NCBI GenBank assembly: GCA_026026165.1
Contig: JAPEUD010000003.1
Coordinates: 682,001 to 719,044 of the forward strand
Reading direction: 5' to 3'
Source of the DNA: Sarea resinae
Taxonomy: Eukaryota
DNA length: 37,044 bases
In this document: positions 32,947 to 37,044 of the stretch, piece after piece
Position numbering within the stretch: position 1 is the first letter of the stretch
How the letters are laid out: each line of letters starts with the position of its first letter
The notes under the pieces: model-generated
What the model was told of the DNA's origin: nothing
The model's input: the letters and a program-made list of their open reading frames with translations, nothing else
Database searches by the model: none
Program-made: the position numbers and the translations under genes

Positions 32947-35900
32947 TCGATTCAGAGTGTATTATAAAGTCTGCGGCTCAGTTTGATAAGTATAGCATTG
33001 TACAGAGAAAACCGATAGCAAGTGCCGATATTCAGATCAAGATTCTTGGAATGTTATGTTTCTTGTATAGGATGCGCGAATGACCCTTGCTTGCGACATC
33101 TTATCTTTTCCTTTATGAGTCCTTCGAGATGCCTGAAACGTCTCAAATAGTCACGTTGGTGATCAAGCATTATTGAACATTTGGGCATGACTGATATTCT
33201 ATGTTGCTGATCGCTTCTACGCTATTTTACAATTGCTCCATGCTGTCGCGGGTCCAGAGAGTGAGCAAGCAGGATGCCAGGACAACAAGCTGCTTCGCTT
33301 CAACCAAAGTACACCACGGGTCACCAGTAAAGAATCGTTTAGAAGGGCTGCCAACGCATTAGTATCAGCTTCAGGAAGTGGGCAAAGTTTATGAAAGTCA
33401 GTCACATACGTTGTCGGAAGGCGGGATCTCTCGGATGAAGTGTTCTCCGATGAGAGGGAGCTTCTGTAGGAGGAATGACTGTCAGCATTTGATCTATATA
33501 CAACATTCTCATAATGATATAGGGTTGCCCTACCTGCATGATATCACGCCTAACACGGGGAACGTCGGAGAAGAAGTATAGAGCGAAGATGCCTGCGACG
33601 CCGGCAAATGAAGCACCGGTGATTCCGCTATTTCACGATCTCAGTCAGTCTTGGGTTGTCTGTAGACTGAACGGTGGGATATATTCGAGATGGAGAATCC
33701 GTTGGAATGGAGAATCCGGGAGTGAGGATTGAACGTACAGTCTCAGCGCCTGAGTGGGGCCGAAGCCATGGAAATGTGGTTGAGTCTTGATTCTAGATTG
33801 TGTCATTATATGTGCAGACGTGGCGAGACAACTGCTACCACAAAGCGGTCTTACTTTGGCCCAAAAGGAGATTGGTAGGTGGGATATGACGGCTGAGAAA
33901 CCGGAGGGGTGATGCCAGTGCTTTGTATAGCCTGCCCAGACCGTTAGTTGGACCCCCTTGAGGCTAAGACGTATGGTCTGAAGACATACCATTGTGATCT
34001 TGATGTATGAGTGGAGTGCTTAAACAAGACGTCAAGGCAATGAGATGGAGATGGCTGAGAGGTCTTGATGCGCAACGAATTGAAGTCGGCAATGGACGCC
34101 CGGCAGCAAAGAAGTTGCGATCATCCGAATAGCCAATCAGGTGGCACTTCTTGGGGTGATTAGTCAGCTCAGCCTCCGAGGTTCTTCTGTTCCTGCATCA
34201 ACAAGAAAAGCCCGTGACGTCCGGCACAAAGCAACTCCTCCAATGCCCCCGAATCCACAGGACCTCGAGCATCTGTTCGATTTCCAAGACATATTTTTTC
34301 TATAACTTTGCAGCACGAGGGGAGAAACTGAACCAAGCAAAACCTCAATCCACGAGCCCTGAAGACGCAACCAGATGGTACGCCATGCGAAGCGCACCGT
34401 GGATTTACCGGTGACCAAGAAGACCCTTGACGCAAATATTGGGGTTTCTAGCTTGATTCTGAGACGTTCAACGAATTTTGGCATCCATGGACACTGGCTG
34501 GAGCTATGTACTTCGTACCGGAGTACGGTAAGCTGCAAGTTCAGCTGCCGTAGAATCCATGCCATGCGCTACGGTGATCAGACAATCCTTGTACGCAATG
34601 ATACCTAGTGACCAGCAGAATCTCACGGAGACGTCCAACTTGCTGAAATCCTTAATAACGAGAAATGAGAACTGAGGACCTTGAACGGTAGGTAAGATTG
34701 GATGCGGTCGATGTTGTCATTGTAGAAAAGGTATTCAAGCTGCCGTTCTCAACAATATAATAGATAACAGCCCCTGTCAGGACTGGAGCTTTCACCATCG
34801 GTAAGGCGATCATGGAATCGAGGGAATCGTCCTCATTCATATCATTGACCATGTTCCTCATGTATGTTTCAGCTTTCGATCAGGCATTCGATCAGGCAAT
34901 CGACCGTGCCAACACGCCAGAACAACAAGATGCGTGCATGGATGCGATACTCGGAGTCCTAACAGTGCTCTACAGCGTACATTTAGCAGCTCTTGACCCC
35001 AGTACCTCTTTCGGTACGACCTGCATGTGCCGCAACAAGGATCAGGAGCGGGTCGCGATGATCCTAAGCAGAACAAGCTTTTGCTAAGCTTTCTCGCTGC
35101 TATGACAAATGGCCACTACGTAGTACCTACCTACCTACCTTGCAGTGACCAGCATCGAAGAAGCAATGCGCTCCGGGTCTCATTGAAATGATAGCAATTC
35201 AGTCCATAAGCTCAAAGGGGTCGGTCGATCAAGGTCCAGAGTCTATCTTTCTCTTCAGATTACAGGACAAACAAAGAAAGAGGATTCGTCAGGTAAATAG
35301 ACAGAGAGGAAAAAGGACGAGGCTGTTGCCGCGGAATGCGCTTCCGAACCCTATCCAGCCGTCCGATGCAGGGCTCGGCCTAAATCGAGCACAGCTTGCC
35401 CTGGGGAATACCTCGACTTGGCTACATACTGCGTCAGGTAAGGAAGGGCGATGTACTATGAGTATTACGTAGAGCAGGCACCTCCACTACCTTTGGCTGG
35501 TAAGGTAATGCAAGCTTCTGATGCACCCCCGACACATCTCCGCGTTTGTGACTGTCTCCCGAGAACTCGAAACCATCATTTGCCAATTCGACTCTCACAT
35601 ATGGCCGGAATGGGCAACGATCCGCAACGAGGGGGAAATGCTCGAGGCCACCAAACTGTGGCCTCTCCGATCGCCGATCGTTCACTCTCGAGTGAGGCAA
35701 GGCCTAGCCAGCCCTTTCACTTCCGTAGGTACTATGTACATAGACGCCACGAAGCGAATTCCTCTCTCCCTGGGCTGTCTCTACCTCAGGACGGCAGGGT
35801 ATCTAGACCTCCAGGGCTGACGCAAACCCGTCGAAACAGGCAGGATTCTCTCCATTCCAAGTCTGAGCAGGCATGCTCGCCTGCTCGCCTGCTCTTGCTT

Positions 35901-37017
35901 GGGCCCTCGTTGCCTCAGCCAAGGCGTGAGACATGGGCGTTCGGTGCAGGCGCTTAGGTATTATTGAAGGCCTCCAACCTGGAGAGTACCAAAGTAAGGT
36001 GGTGATTGTTCCCGTTGGCCATTACGAATAGCACTTGCCATCTGGTGTCATGGCCCTACCGTAAGCATTAGTCGGCCATCCAATGATCGTCACGAGGAGC
36101 AAGGGAGTACGTACTCCGAGTACACTGCCGTACTTCAGTACGTTGGATAGTACACACCGTAGTACGCTGTACACCTCAGTTGTTAGCAGCATGCGGAGAA
36201 AAGACGGGCGCTGGCAGGGGTACCCCCTCGTACCGATGACGCACCGAAGCACGACTGACGCGTTCTCGCCATATCTCAAGTCTCGAATCCGAAAGAAATC
36301 TACCTTACTACGCAGTAGAGTAGGGACGAGGGAGCAGAGGCAGCTGGAGGTCAGCTATGGTACTTCGTACCTTGTTCTTGGACTACTACTTAGGTACTAG
36401 CAGGAAATCTGACTTTCTTAGACAGTTGACATTTCCAATGTCTCTAACGTCTCCCAGAGCAAGCATTCTGACCATTCTGACCATGGAAGAAGGGTCTGAC
36501 TCGTTTCCACTGAAATCTCTGCACTGACGTTTGCTTAACTATCAACGATCTGACTTGCGAGTAATCGCCATGGAGAGAGCAGGCAAGCAATCCAAACTCT
36601 TTGTCTAAGGGAGTGGGCCTTTCCTAGCCAGCCGATTTCCGAGCTGGTGCTCAACGGCAACAACTAGTAGATTTAGGAGGGAAGATCGGAGTCCACCCGC
36701 CCACACGCACCCACGCACGCACATACCTCACTCTACGGGCCCGGCGACCATCATCTTCCTCCTTGAGAGAATCGGACATATGAAGAGCGATACATATATT
36801 AGACCAATGCAACGAACCCCCATCTCCTGTGACTGCGACTCTGGCTCCGATGATGATGATGGTGACGGTGATGGTGAAGCATGTACTTCCCCATGCCTGC
36901 AGGCGTTAAGAAAACCTGATCGACCAAAGTGCGTCAGCTTCTGAGCCTATCGACTTCCTTGTACGACGACACAGCGTCGACACGACGACGCCGACACGCA
37001 CGCTTGCTTGATTTCAG

Positions 37018-37044
37018 CCCCCCCCCCCCCCCCCCCCCCCCCCC
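37018..37044. repeat. Poly-C homopolymer (at least 27 nt), truncated by the window end
   Basis: Read directly. Confidence 0.95.

Overview
Eukaryotic DNA from a filamentous ascomycete (Pezizomycotina), judged from short GT-AG introns with CTRAC branch points and from the gene families present. Seven protein-coding genes can be reconstructed by hand: an FlbA-type RGS protein (-), an uncharacterised Ser/Pro-rich protein with a His/Cys C-terminal motif (+), Paf1-complex subunit Cdc73 (+), an RfeC-like C2H2 plus fungal-TF-domain transcription factor (-), AT-hook-bearing Orc4 (+), an Eps1-like membrane PDI (-) and the complex I NDUFA5/29.9-kDa subunit (+). I see no RNA gene, transposon, CRISPR array or secondary-metabolite cluster, and I cannot support a wholly new multi-gene system here. 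The most notable items are: (1) Orc4 with four AT-hooks and both Walker motifs degenerate; (2) a candidate alternative splice that would swap the C-terminal domain of the RfeC-like factor for a short hydrophobic tail; (3) recurrent GTAC-dense islands, often paired with pyrimidine or poly-C tracts, in the long upstream regions; (4) microsatellite-saturated convergent intergenic spacers whose low complexity extends into neighbouring coding ends; (5) uORFs ahead of both regulators. Gene identities rest on motif recognition from memory, not on database searches.
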